Source: Octopus bimaculoides
Taxonomy: Eukaryota
NCBI RefSeq assembly: GCF_001194135.2
Contig: NC_068989.1
Coordinates: forward strand, 37,587,054 to 37,651,053
DNA: 64,000 nt
Direction of reading: 5' to 3'
The notes under the pieces are model-generated. The model had not been told where the DNA came from, made no database searches, and saw only the letters and a program-made list of their open reading frames with translations. Each line of letters starts with the position of its first letter. Within the stretch, counting starts at the first letter, position 1. The position numbers and the translations under genes were made by a program. Positions 1 through 10,495 of this stretch are shown here, in pieces.

Positions 1-33
1 TTTAGATTAAACCCATTAGAAAGAATAAAGGGA

Positions 34-730
34 GCCAAGGTAAGCTTTAAACAAAGGAAATTTACCCTAAAATACTACCGGAAGTTTAAAAATGCAGTCG
101 AATTCTAAAGACAGTTTAAGAGGAAGTTTGAAACTTACAACCACTTGAATTAGAGATAAATTTGAAGCAGATGGAACTAAGAGCGACCGCAAGAGAGGTT
201 CCAGAGGGCCTCAGATGTCGATGAACCGTACAAATCAAGCAAGTGTATTAAAAACGCTTTGCCAGAGATTGGGAATATCTGTGCAGCAAACGAGACGTGA
301 GATAGAAATTTCAAAACCAAGCGTCCATGGCATTTCGAAGTTGTCAGAAAAGTTATTTTCTAAGAATAGGTTATGCTCTCAATGAAGATAATCAGGACTG
401 TGAAGTGTGAAGCTTTGTCAGTAGTACTTGATAAAATGTGTAGAAGGTGCCGACTTTCCACGAAAGATTGTGTGGAGTGATGTAGCTACTTCTATATGAA
501 ATAGCTCAATTAACCACTACAGTTGCTCCTTACTGGGGAGCTGGGGATCCATATATTACAGGTGAACGCCATGTTAACAAGAGTTACAGTACACTGCATC
601 TTAACACCAAAACGATTAATTGGACTAGTCTTTTATGGCGGTACTGTGAGTGGTCCCATGTATTTGATGCAGCAATCTGTCATGCCAAGCATTCAAGATG
701 GCTTCCAAGATTTGGAATTTATTTCCAGCC
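34..730 (+). pseudogene. Decayed Tc1/mariner-superfamily transposase: N-terminal HTH region and first part of the DDE/D domain, truncated just before the second catalytic Asp
   Basis: Manual translation across frameshifts gives KQRKFTLKYYRKFKNAVEF*RQF..RDKFEADGTKSDRKRGSRGP..ISKPSVHGI..FPRKIVWSD(V)AT..YWGAGDPYITGERHVN..VTVHCILTPKRLIGLVFYGGTVSGPMYL.QQSVMPSIQD..EF/YFQ. This matches the IVWSDEA, YW..NP and LIGPFFF.GTV motifs of Tc1/mariner transposases. Confidence 0.8.
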
Positions 731-2286
731 ACGTCGACACCTTTCTTTCCGGAAATGATGCCACGTGATCTATTTTTGGCGCTTCTTCGACATCTACATT
801 TCAACTCAAGTGAGATTCATGATGACAGGCTGCACAAAATACATCCTATCGTTGACGAAGTGGCTGAATATTTCAGAACAGTGTATGTCCCCACACAGGA
901 CATTTGTATGGACGAGAGTTTGTGGAAATTCAAGGGAAGGCTCCGATTCAAACAATACTACCCGACCGAACATGCCTGCTTTGGAATGAAGGTTTATAAA
1001 GTATGCCAGTCAACTAACAGAGCCTGTGGGTGCACGTGGAATTACAAAATCTACACTGGTCAGGACAGATTGGATCTTCCAGCGTCTACTCAAGCATCAA
1101 CTGATGTGTTGTCGCTGAATGAAAACTTGTTTGACAAAGGCTACAATATTTATATGGACAACTAGTTTTCTAATCCAGACCTCTTCCTTCAGCTGCAGAC
1201 AAGGAGAGCTTAATGCCTGTGGAACTGCGAGGACGCACAGGAAAAACATGCTGCCTAATCTTCACAAGATAAAACTTCGAAAGGTGGAAACAGCATACCA
1301 ATGCATTGATAGTGGCATTCTTGCTCTAGTGTGGAGTGACCTGAAAAACGTCTGCATGTTATCCACAATGCATTCTGCAAGCATGAAGGACGCTAGGAAG
1401 CAAGATGCAGACAGTAATGCCATAATGAAACCGAATGTAGTTGTTTCGTATGATTAAAGGATGAGCGGAGTCGATCGCTCAGATTAGCTGGCGACGACAC
1501 AAATCGGTGAGAAAATTTGTGAAATGGTACAAAACAATTTTCTTGTATATAGCTGACATGTGTGTCGTGAACTCACATTTGATTTGGTAGGTGCTTGGCG
1601 TTGTGGGGGATGGATTGATATTCAGAAATCTATTGTTCCATAAGATGATAGATGCATCAGACCTGCCAAAGTACAGAACGCTGGGACGTCTCCACGCCGG
1701 ACTCTCTTCTCATCTCATGGTGAAGGGAGCGAACATCTTCCTCGACTCATTCCTCGACTCATTCCCCCACCCGCCAAGAAGACAAATGCTTCAAAGAGAT
1801 GCATAGTATGTAAAACAAAAGGGAAACGTAAGGAAACTAGATACCATTGTTCACAATGTGATATGTCACTATGTGTGGTACCCTGTTTTGAACTCCACCA
1901 CACTAAAGTCAGTTTTTGAATTCATGTGATAGTAAATACATGAAGTTAATCTGAGTTGTGCTGTCGAGTAATCTTTTTCAGGAATAATGCCGTATGAGCG
2001 TCCTGCACAGAGATATAGTTTAGGTAAATAAACAGTACTTGCACTAAAGCGGTTGATGTAAATGTACGCCGAACATTATCTCGCCCTGAGTGCTGATCTC
2101 AATCGGCGCGATTACCGTTGCCTCACGTAGGCAACCGAATGAATCACCGCCGTAAACTGGTTAAAGCGGTTGATGTAAATATATGCCGAATCACTGTCGT
2201 GGGCTAATTGCTGATCTTAGCCGAGATGATTACCGTTAATGCAACTGAGTTGCTTGATAAAAAAAAAACCGTTGTCATGGGGTTAA
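731..2286 (+). mobile_element. 5'-truncated, decayed piggyBac (PGBD4-like) transposon: DDD catalytic core, C-terminal Cys-rich domain and 3' end
   Basis: ORF 698-1165 reads TPFFPEMMPRDLFLALLRHLHF..MDESLWKFKGRLRFKQY..YMDN*. SGVDRSD* lies at ~1460-1487. The Cys-rich tail KRCIVCKTKGKRKETRYHCSQCDMSLCVVPCFELHHT ends at TGA 1917-1919. The element probably ends at ..CATGGGG followed by TTAA (2283-2286). Confidence 0.92.
2045..2237. repeat. Imperfect ~75-bp direct repeat (2045-2119 and 2162-2237) in the piggyBac 3' subterminal region
   Basis: Both copies read TAAAGCGGTTGATGTAAAT..GCCGAA..TGCTGATCT..GATTACCGTT. Confidence 0.75.
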
Positions 2287-3355
2287 ACAATGAATGTTTA
2301 TCGTTTAGAACGAAGAAAATACAGTTCTGGGTTCAAATATTTCCGAAGTCGATTTTGTATTTTAGGCATCTAGGTCTGATAAAATAATGTACCAGTTAAG
2401 TACTAGGCTCTTATTATCAGCTCTTTCTTTCTAATCCCACATCTCCAGTCTTTAACTATGTACAAAATTATTATTCGTTTCATTAAAGACTGGTGTGTGG
2501 TACAAATGGTAATGCCACGCTTATACTTTCTGAGTTTACTTCCGCTACTGCGGTTGACTTCCCCGCCAACATTTTCGTGTCGATAAATTAAATATGAGTT
2601 AGAATCTATGGTCGGGAACTATCAGATCTGTGGTTGTTAGAAATCAGTTTGATTTTCCTCTGATTAAGGCTAAGATTGATTTAATCGCTTATATTTTTGC
2701 CCTACAAATTTGAGATCATGTGCCAAAGTTAGACATCTATTTTCCTCATTACCATTATTTCTCTTCCTTCTGCTCGATATATATATAACTACAATGAAAT
2801 TTGACAATATCGCTTCTCTATACATGCATGGCCTAGTGCTGATATAGCAAACCATTATTATTCTCTCCGCTATCGATGAAAGAATTAGCATTACACTAAC
2901 TCAATTTCCTTCACAGAATTCTTTCATTACAGGAAAGAATTTTGAGTTTATTGAAAAGGAAATACAATTCTGTTTACCTCTACAGCGTCAACATCCTGAG
3001 ACATGGAACTAAAGACAAAATAATGTATGACTAATATGTTTCAGACGATACGAATATCAAAACACATCGCATACGTATACATAGAAGACAAAAATCGATA
3101 CATGTATGATCAATACTCAATGTAGATCAGAATAAATAAATACATAGGACAGGTGTGTGTTTAACCATAGTTTTTGATCTTATAGCCAGGAGGGGAGATA
3201 GTTGCCATGATTTTTAGAGCGCTTTCAAGACCGTCGAGAGTTACCCATTTATCCACTCGGGGTCGATAAAATAGAATACTGGTCAAATTCTAAGGGCGGT
3301 GGTATCCACAAACCACGTCCCTTCAAAATTGCTGGTCATGTGTCTAAATTAGAAG

Positions 3356-3356
<1 letters not shown>

Positions 3357-3413
<57 letters not shown>

Positions 3414-3414
3414 G

Positions 3415-3490
<76 letters not shown>

Positions 3491-3491
3491 C

Positions 3492-3523
<32 letters not shown>

Positions 3524-3528
3524 TATTC
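3357..3528. repeat. (TTA)n/(TCA)n microsatellite
   Basis: Read directly from the sequence. Confidence 0.97.
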
Positions 3529-3963
3529 CAAAGAAGTAGCGGATCAGTGGAATCATTTGCCCGTTGGCCAAAATGTGCTGGTATTTAGTTGTGGTCTTTT
3601 TAATTTCTTCGCTCAATCTCGCTCGAGTTGACGTTGTTTTTGACTCAAATACATAGAAGAGACTGACCTCCGGTAAAATCACTTTGGTTTCCAGCTAGCG
3701 GCGTTAACCAACTTATCCAATTTACTTTTACTAGGTATCTCAACAGTTTCTCTCTGCTATTCCCTATTTGTTAATAAGAACACTAATTGCTGACGGGATT
3801 ACGCTTATTTTGAACTGTTATATTTTAAACAATGTGTCAGGGCTATATTACTGGGTAATTTTATAAATTCATTAATTTCATTTTCTTCAGTCATTGGCTG
3901 TTGTGGATACTGTAACATTTATGTACTTTTTTATATTATAATGGCCATGTCGTTGTGTTAGAA

Positions 3964-4447
3964 ATAATGATTTCAAAATTTGGCACAAGGCCATCAATTA
4001 GGGAGGAGTCGATTGATTACTCCAGTACTTCACTGGTGTCTTATTTTATCGATCCCGAAAGAATGAAAGAGAAAGTCGACCTCAGTGGAATTTGAACTCA
4101 GAATATAAAGGGTAAGATGAAATGCGGCTAAGCTTTCTATCTGACTAATAATTCTGACTGCTCGTCACCTTAATAATAATGGTTTCAAATTTTGTCAGAA
4201 GGGCAGCCATGTTGGGGGAGGGGATGAGTCGATTACATCGACCCCAGTGTTTCACTGGTATCTAATTTATTGATCCCGAAATGATGAAAGGCAAAGTCGA
4301 CCTTGGCGGAATTTGAATTCAGAACCCGAAGATAGACGAAATGCCGCTAAGCATTTCGCCCGGCGTGCTAACGATTCTTTTCTATTGTAGACACAAGGCC
4401 TGAAATTTGGGGGAGGGGGTTAGTCAATTACATCGACCCCAGTGTTT
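3964..4447 (-). mobile_element. Head-to-tail cluster of family-A tRNA-derived SINEs (two copies plus the tail part of a third)
   Basis: Reverse complement of GGCGAGCTGGCAGAATCGTTAGC..GAGTTCAAATTCCGCCGAGGTCGACTTTGCCTTTCATCCTTTCGGGGTCGATAAAATAAGTACCAG..GCCTTGTGCCAAAATTTGAAA, repeated. The third copy is split by the foldback element. Confidence 0.88.
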
Positions 4448-5463
4448 GGATCTTTTCCCTTTGAACGGCACATCGAGAAATTAATTTTTTGTAACTAAAC
4501 ACTTTCAAACTTTGGACACTGGTAGAATGTGTCATATAAAACATCTTTTACTCTTAGTGTTGTTGAGAAAAGTTTATATTTTGAAAGTTATTTCGTGTTA
4601 AAGTTGTTGTATTTCTGTAATTTCAACCAATCAATGACGTGTATTCAGCTGAATAAAATCACTGCCCTTGTTTGTCAACAATAACTATCGGTGGTGTATA
4701 TTTCGTTTGTTACTGTTATTTACGACATCACTCGTGTGTTTGTACTGGTTTTAGCTTTAGGGTTTTAGGGTTTGGGTTAGGGTTAGGGTTCGGGTTTTAG
4801 GCTCAGGGTCAGGGTTTTAGGGTTAGGGATAGAGTTTTAGGGTTAGGGTTAGGGATAGGGTTAGGTTAGGGTTAGGGTTAGGGTTAGGGTTTTAGGATTA
4901 GGGTTAAGGTTTTAGAGTTAGGATTAGGGTTTTAGAGTTAGGGTTGGGGGTTTAGGGTTAGGGTTAGGATTAGGGTTGGGATTTTAGGGTTAGAGTTACG
5001 GAAAAATGTAGAAAATGAACATATTGGAGGGGGAGGGGAAAAATGTCTTTCCGAAAGTAGTAGCTGAAAAACAGAAAAAAACAACAAAAGCAGTAGAAAT
5101 GCACGAACGATTGTGGTGGTGCCATGAAATAAACATGCTTCAGATACACTCATTTATTCATACAAACGTAACTATGATGAAATATGTCATAAATAACAGT
5201 GACAAACGAAATATACACCGCCGGAAGTTGTTGTTGACAAACAACAGCAGTAATTATGTTCACCTCAATAGACGTCATTGATTGGTTGAAATTACCGAAA
5301 TACGACAACTTTAACACGAAATAGCTTCGAAAATACAGAATTTTTCAAAAACGCCAAAAGTAAATGATGTTTTATGTGACACATTCTACCTGTACACAAA
5401 TTTTGAAAGTGTTTAGTTGCAAAAAATTATTTTCTAAATGTGCCGGTCAAAGGGAAAAGATCC
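4448..5463. mobile_element. Non-autonomous foldback/MITE-like DNA element with ~280-bp TIRs, an internal telomere-like repeat and an 8-9 bp TSD
   Basis: Left TIR 4448-~4728 begins GGATCTTTTCCCTTTGA; right TIR ~5185-5463 ends TCAAAGGGAAAAGATCC. CAGTGTTT is duplicated at 4440-4447 and 5464-5471. Confidence 0.9.
4754..4998 (+). repeat. Degenerate interstitial (TTAGGG)n array inside the foldback element
   Basis: Runs of TTAGGG interspersed with TTTTAGGG, TTAGAG, TCAGGG and ATAGGG variants. Confidence 0.93.
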
Positions 5464-5620
5464 CAGTGTTTCACTGGTACTTAATTTATCGACCCCGAAA
5501 GGATGAAAGGCAAAGTCGACCTCGACGGTATTTGAACTCAGAACATGAAGACAGACGAAATACCCTTAAACATTTCGTTCGGCGTGCCAACGATTCTGCC
5601 AGCTCAACGCTTTCGTCACC
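5464..5620 (-). mobile_element. Head part of the family-A SINE interrupted by the foldback element
   Basis: Resumes at the TSD (CAGTGTTTCACTGGTAC..) and runs to ..CGATTCTGCCAGCTC. Confidence 0.88.
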
Positions 5621-5654
5621 ATAATAATAATAATGATCCTTTCTACTAAAGGCA

Positions 5655-6365
5655 CGATGCAGTTTTGGTCGGAAAGAGCTGAGAGAAAGGAAAAGAGTGG
5701 GATGGACAAGAAACAATAAATCATATTATCTCTGGCTGCCCAGTCCTGGCTAAGAAGGAATATATTCACAGACACGACAGAGCTGGGACCTATATACACT
5801 GGAAGCTATGCCAACACTATGGAATAACAACAGAAAAAAGATGGTATAAGCACACGCCGGAAAAGGTCACAGAAAAGGAGAAAGCAACCATACTCTGGGA
5901 TATGCCAATACACACAGATAGAGAAATTAAGGCAAATAGACCAGATATAGTTGTCAAAGATCATGAAAGGAAAAATGCTTTCTAATTGATGTATCAATAC
6001 CAGCAGATGACAACGTTTCCCTAAAAGAAATGGAGAAACTTTCAAAATACAAAAACCTGAAAATAGAGGTAACTCGAATGTGAAATCTAAAAACAGAAAC
6101 AATTCCTATCATAGTAGGTGCCTTAGGTATAATAAAAAAATATTAAGACAAATACATAACAAAAACACCAAGACTTACAAATATATATAACATACAGAAA
6201 ATTGCACTACTGGGCACTGCACACATCCTACGCAAAACACTTTCTATACAGTAACCATAAGAGCATCACAGCAAACCACAGCACATACCCAAGGCACACA
6301 GAGCTGCGCTCGGTAGTGAAGTAACAGCACGTTATAAAAATAAAACTACTGAACAATAATGATAA
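5655..6365 (+). mobile_element. 5'-truncated R4/Dong-type LINE: end of zinc knuckle, restriction-like endonuclease (RLE), 3'UTR and TAA tail
   Basis: From 5701: DGQETINHIISGCPVLAKKEYIHRHD..IHWKLC..ILWDMPIHTDREIKANRPDIVVKD..IDVSIP..IPIIVGALG..QKIALLGTAHILRKTLSIQ* (stop 6253-6255), followed by AATAATGATAATAAT. Confidence 0.92.
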
Positions 6366-6369
6366 TAAT

Positions 6370-7675
6370 ATCAGAATGCTGATATCAGAAAGGAGTTCGG
6401 ACTGAAAAAGTGTGGTGTGTTAGTCTTGAAGAGAGAGAAAATCAAATGTATGGACAGGCTAGCGATACCGTCGGGGGAGGTTATGAAGCAGATAGATGGG
6501 ACAGTCTATAGGTACTTGCGGATATTGGAAATGGATAAATTGATTGAGAAAGAAATTACACAAAAATTTAAGGTGGAGTATTGCGCAGACTGAGACTGAT
6601 CCTTAAGTCGAAATTAAACGGATGAAACAAGATTGAAGCTATCAACATTAGGGCGGTTTCACTACTAAGATATGGAGCAGGGGTAATCTCATAGTAAGGA
6701 GACGAACTAAACATCTTAGACAGAAAGACAAGGAGGTGCTTTATCTTTGCGGAAGATTGCAAAGATAAAGCACTTTACACGCATTTGAGAATGAATGAAA
6801 CTAAAGATAGGTGGATAAAGAAAATGACAATTTCATAGGGATGTTGAAGATAAGATATACAGAGAGAAAATATTGCTATGGATGACTAAAAATGACTTAA
6901 AACCGGAAACGGAGGCTCTAATCTGTGCTGCCCAAGAGGAAGCATTAAGAACTAATTACATCAAATACAGAATAAACAACACATCAGAAAGTGATAAGTG
7001 CAGAATTTGTTGACAAAATGGTGACACCGTGTGACCTATTATCAATCAATGTACTCCACTAGCCCAGAAAGAATATAAAAGACGTCATGACAATATAGCA
7101 AGGATAGTCCATTGGGCACTTTGCAACATGTATGGACTTGATAGAGTAAACAAGTATGGACTTGATAGTGGTGCGAACATAAACCCGAAGGCATCATTGA
7201 AAGTGATAATGCAAAAATCCTATGGGATTTTATGATTCAGTGAGACCATGAGATAGAGAATAGGAAACCAGACATAGTGTTAATTGAGAAACAAAGCAAA
7301 CGATGCTGGATCATAGACATAGTATGCCCATCTGACAACAAGGTATGCGATATGAAAGAAATAAAAGTCGATAGGTATAACAGGTTAGCTTGGGAGGTTC
7401 AGCAATTGTGGTCGATGAAAAAGGTGGGAGTAGTGCCAATAATTGTCGGAACCCTGAGAACAAGTGAGTAAAAATCTTGAGAAGTACACATTACGAATAG
7501 GGACTGCAATAATGGTAGAACACTTACAGAAAACAGCACTGCCTGGAACCGCTCGAATACTCCGGATGGTGCTCGAAAAATAAGAGGTGTTACCTTAGTT
7601 CACTGGTAGTGAACAGCTGACACCGTTGTACATCTCCAGTGTTAGAAGCTATGCAAAGATAATGAAATAATAATG
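6370..7675 (+). mobile_element. Second, different R4/Dong-type LINE subfamily: RT C-terminus, zinc knuckle, RLE and TAA tail; decayed
   Basis: DIRKEFGLKKCGVLVLKR..KSKLNG*NKIEAIN..LRYGAG; DLKPETEALICAAQEEALRTNY..KCRIC..RHDNIARIVHWALC; NRKPDIVLIEK..IIDIVCPSDN..VPIIVG..KTALPGTARILRMVLEK*. Confidence 0.92.
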
Positions 7676-8254
7676 CTTTTTCTGAAGTGTTTGATTTTTC
7701 AGATGGAGTAAATTCCACAAAGATAGTGCACAAGGTGCAGTGATAGGCGAAAACATTTTTCAAAACTAAATTCTTTATTATACGCATGTCATTAGTTTTA
7801 ACTTAAAAGATACTATCTATTCTTTTTTATTTTTGCGTCAAAAAGTAAAAAGTTGTTGGTAGGGAAAGAATTTGAAGACATTAATCTATAGTTTTATTCT
7901 GTTATAGATAATTATAGTTTATTTTGCAACTCTTCTGTGGTAACGCTTTAGCAAATCTTAATACATTGTACTACAGCTTTATTTTCATATCAACTGAAAA
8001 ATGCCAATGGCGAGCTTGAAGTACTGTGCTGGTGAAAGAAGTACAGTACCTGCTTTACTGAGCTGTGGATTTTGAAAAAAAATATATACCAGTAATACAT
8101 ATAAATATCATGCTTAATGTAGATTCTCATTTACCTTACTAATAATATAAGTTATATATTTCTATAATAAATTTTGTCTTAGATTCCGTTTCATAGTTAA
8201 AGCATTACGTACGTATACAGCAACAATGATATAAACTATTATTATTACTAGTAG

Positions 8255-8410
8255 GACGTCGAGCTGGCGGGAGCGCTAGCGCATCGGACAAAATGCTTAG
8301 TGGCACTTCTGTTTTCTAAGTTCAAGTACTAGTTGAGCACTGAGGTCGATGAAATCGACCTATCCTGAAATTGCTGGCCTTGCGCCAAAATTTGAAATTA
8401 CTATTATTAC
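8255..8410 (+). mobile_element. Internally deleted family-A SINE
   Basis: Head GAGCTGGCGGGAGCGCTAGC..AAAATGCTTAG is joined to tail GTTGAGCACTGAGGTCGATG..GCCTTGCGCCAAAATTTGAAA. Confidence 0.75.
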
Positions 8411-9969
8411 AGAATTAGAAAAAAATATTCTTTCAATTTTTTTGTTTGTTTAAGTTTCTCCGATGTGGATTCTGTTATCTTTCCGTAATCGATAAATAAA
8501 GTCCGAATAATAAACTGTTGTCAGTTGAATCGACTTCGCTATTTTCCGAAATTGTTAATAATATGTGTGTATACTATAAACCATCATTATCATTAATTAA
8601 TATTATTAATTGCACGGGGCACAATCTTAATAATTTCCGTAAATTTGGTAAATTAAAGATGTACAAACTTCTTGCAGTTCTGATTTGAAAGATTTTCTGC
8701 TTCACTTTATCCGAAAATTCGTGTGTGTATGTGTGTCTGCATGTGTGTGCAGGCGCGTAGTATATATAATATGTATATAATATGCTGATTAGCATTAGAA
8801 TATACGCGCTGGAGTTTTGAATAACACTCTTGGCAAATCGTGTCTGCAATACAATTTCTATTCACGTTTGAAGCTATTTCAACTCTGTACGCCGCGGGTT
8901 TCTCTTATTTTTTGAAAAGATTATTTAATTTAGTTTTATTTAGCTTTGTTTTAATATATTGAATATGCATTTTTGATCATGGCCATAATATTACGTGATA
9001 AAGTTTTAAGTTTTTATAATTAACACTTCGGGAAAGAAATAATAGATAAAGGATGACCGAGTAAACAATGAAGTCATATATCACAATCTCTCACACAAAA
9101 TATGAAAGAGTTGAATACGTTGAATACGTGAAGAGAGCTTCTTAGTAAGGGTTATATCCGTCAACCAATTCTTTTATCATGATGGCATAACTTTGATTAC
9201 TCCTTTCCAGGTAAATACAACTTTAACAATGACAGCCATGAAACGAAATGGCAGAATTATTAAAATGCTGGATGAAATTGCCTTACGGTAATTATTCTGC
9301 CCCACTGCGTTGTGAGTTCATATTTCACAGAAGTCAACTTTATTTTTCATCTGTGATAAATATTGTACCAACCTCGTTGTAGCAATGGAATAAAGGAATT
9401 ATTAGGTTGTCAAAACGAAAATCGTTGGAGAATTTATTCTGTTTCTATTCTACTCTAATCCCTTTTATGCTGATTTTGGTCTTCATCCTTATAAGGTAAA
9501 TAGATATAGTAATAGTGTAGTGCGATATTGGGGAAACGTTATGGTGTCGAACGAAAATCCGTGCAGCATTTATTCTGGTTCCTTGCATTCTATTTTGAAT
9601 CTCTTCGTAGCATATTTGGGTAGTAGATTTTATGCTTCGTTTGCACCATTACCTGGTTTTCGGGAGCATTTAGTAGAGTTCACTCTGGTGTAAGTGGGCC
9701 TCCAGTCTGAGAATACATTTTTACTATTCTCCCTCCCCTAGTATTCGAGACCCAGCAAGTGGTGACGGCTTTGCCCTTCCTTCTTCGCTAAGCGAGAGAA
9801 ACATATCCGAAAAGGAGGTTATTCAAAGGAACTCATATAAGATGTTTGTTGCATTCATTCAATGGTTATTTTTCAGAGCGAGGCCTGATGCAATATTAGA
9901 GACAATGGAAACAAGGTAACCAGATGGAAGTAAAACTTTCGTAACAGAATTACTGAGAAATAGAGATGA

Positions 9970-10260
9970 TAGTCGGAAATCGATCTAGCAACTAACCTTA
10001 TGATACTTCTCGTAATGGTTCCAGATAAGACAGGTGTAATATTTTCAATCATTAAATAATATGCTGTCCCTGTCCCAATTATTTATTTTGATACTTAACC
10101 ATGTATACCTCCATATAATCGTCAGAGACGGAATGTTTGCAGAAAAATTGCGGCAGTAGACATGAAAGTCTGGAAAACGTTCACTATTCCGTGTTTCCTG
10201 GTCATATACAGGAATTTATCTGGCAGGAAAATCTTTGGTCAATCATCTGGCGAAGGATTC
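9970..10260 (+). pseudogene. Probable decayed Merlin (ISXO2/IS1595-like) transposase fragment
   Basis: LLVMVPDKTGVIFSIIK*YAVPVPIIYFDT* resembles the Merlin motif FLVPVPDR.A.TL..II..Y..PG.IIYSD.W. GHIQEFIW and (W)RKIFGQSSGEGF resemble YL.EF.WRR.FG. Judged by eye from family knowledge. Confidence 0.5.
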
Positions 10261-10284
10261 GCAATATTTCACCCATATCAAGTC

Positions 10285-10495
10285 AGCGCGCTGGCAGAAT
10301 CGTTAGCACACCAGGCAAAATGCTTAGCAGCATTTCGTCCATCTTTACATTTTGTGTTCAGATTACGTCGAGGTCAGCTTCGCCTTTCATCTTTTCGGGG
10401 TCGATTAGAATAAGTACCAGTTGAGCACTGGCACCGATGCAACCAACTTATCTTCTCCACTGAAACAGTTGGCCTTGTACCAACATTTGAACTGA
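10285..10495 (+). mobile_element. Family-A tRNA-derived SINE
   Basis: GCTGGCAGAATCGTTAGCAC..CCTTTCATCTTTTCGGGGTCGAT..GGCCTTGTACCAACATTTGAA. Confidence 0.85.

Noticed and set aside
4754-4998. True telomere or chromosome-fusion scar
   Set aside because: The array is degenerate, in one orientation only, and enclosed by TIRs with a TSD.
9877-9915. Possible 39-nt exon (TTTTTCAG..AAG followed by GTAACC)
   Set aside because: It has no partner exons or recognisable peptide and lies beside a probable transposon fossil; such splice-like matches are expected by chance.
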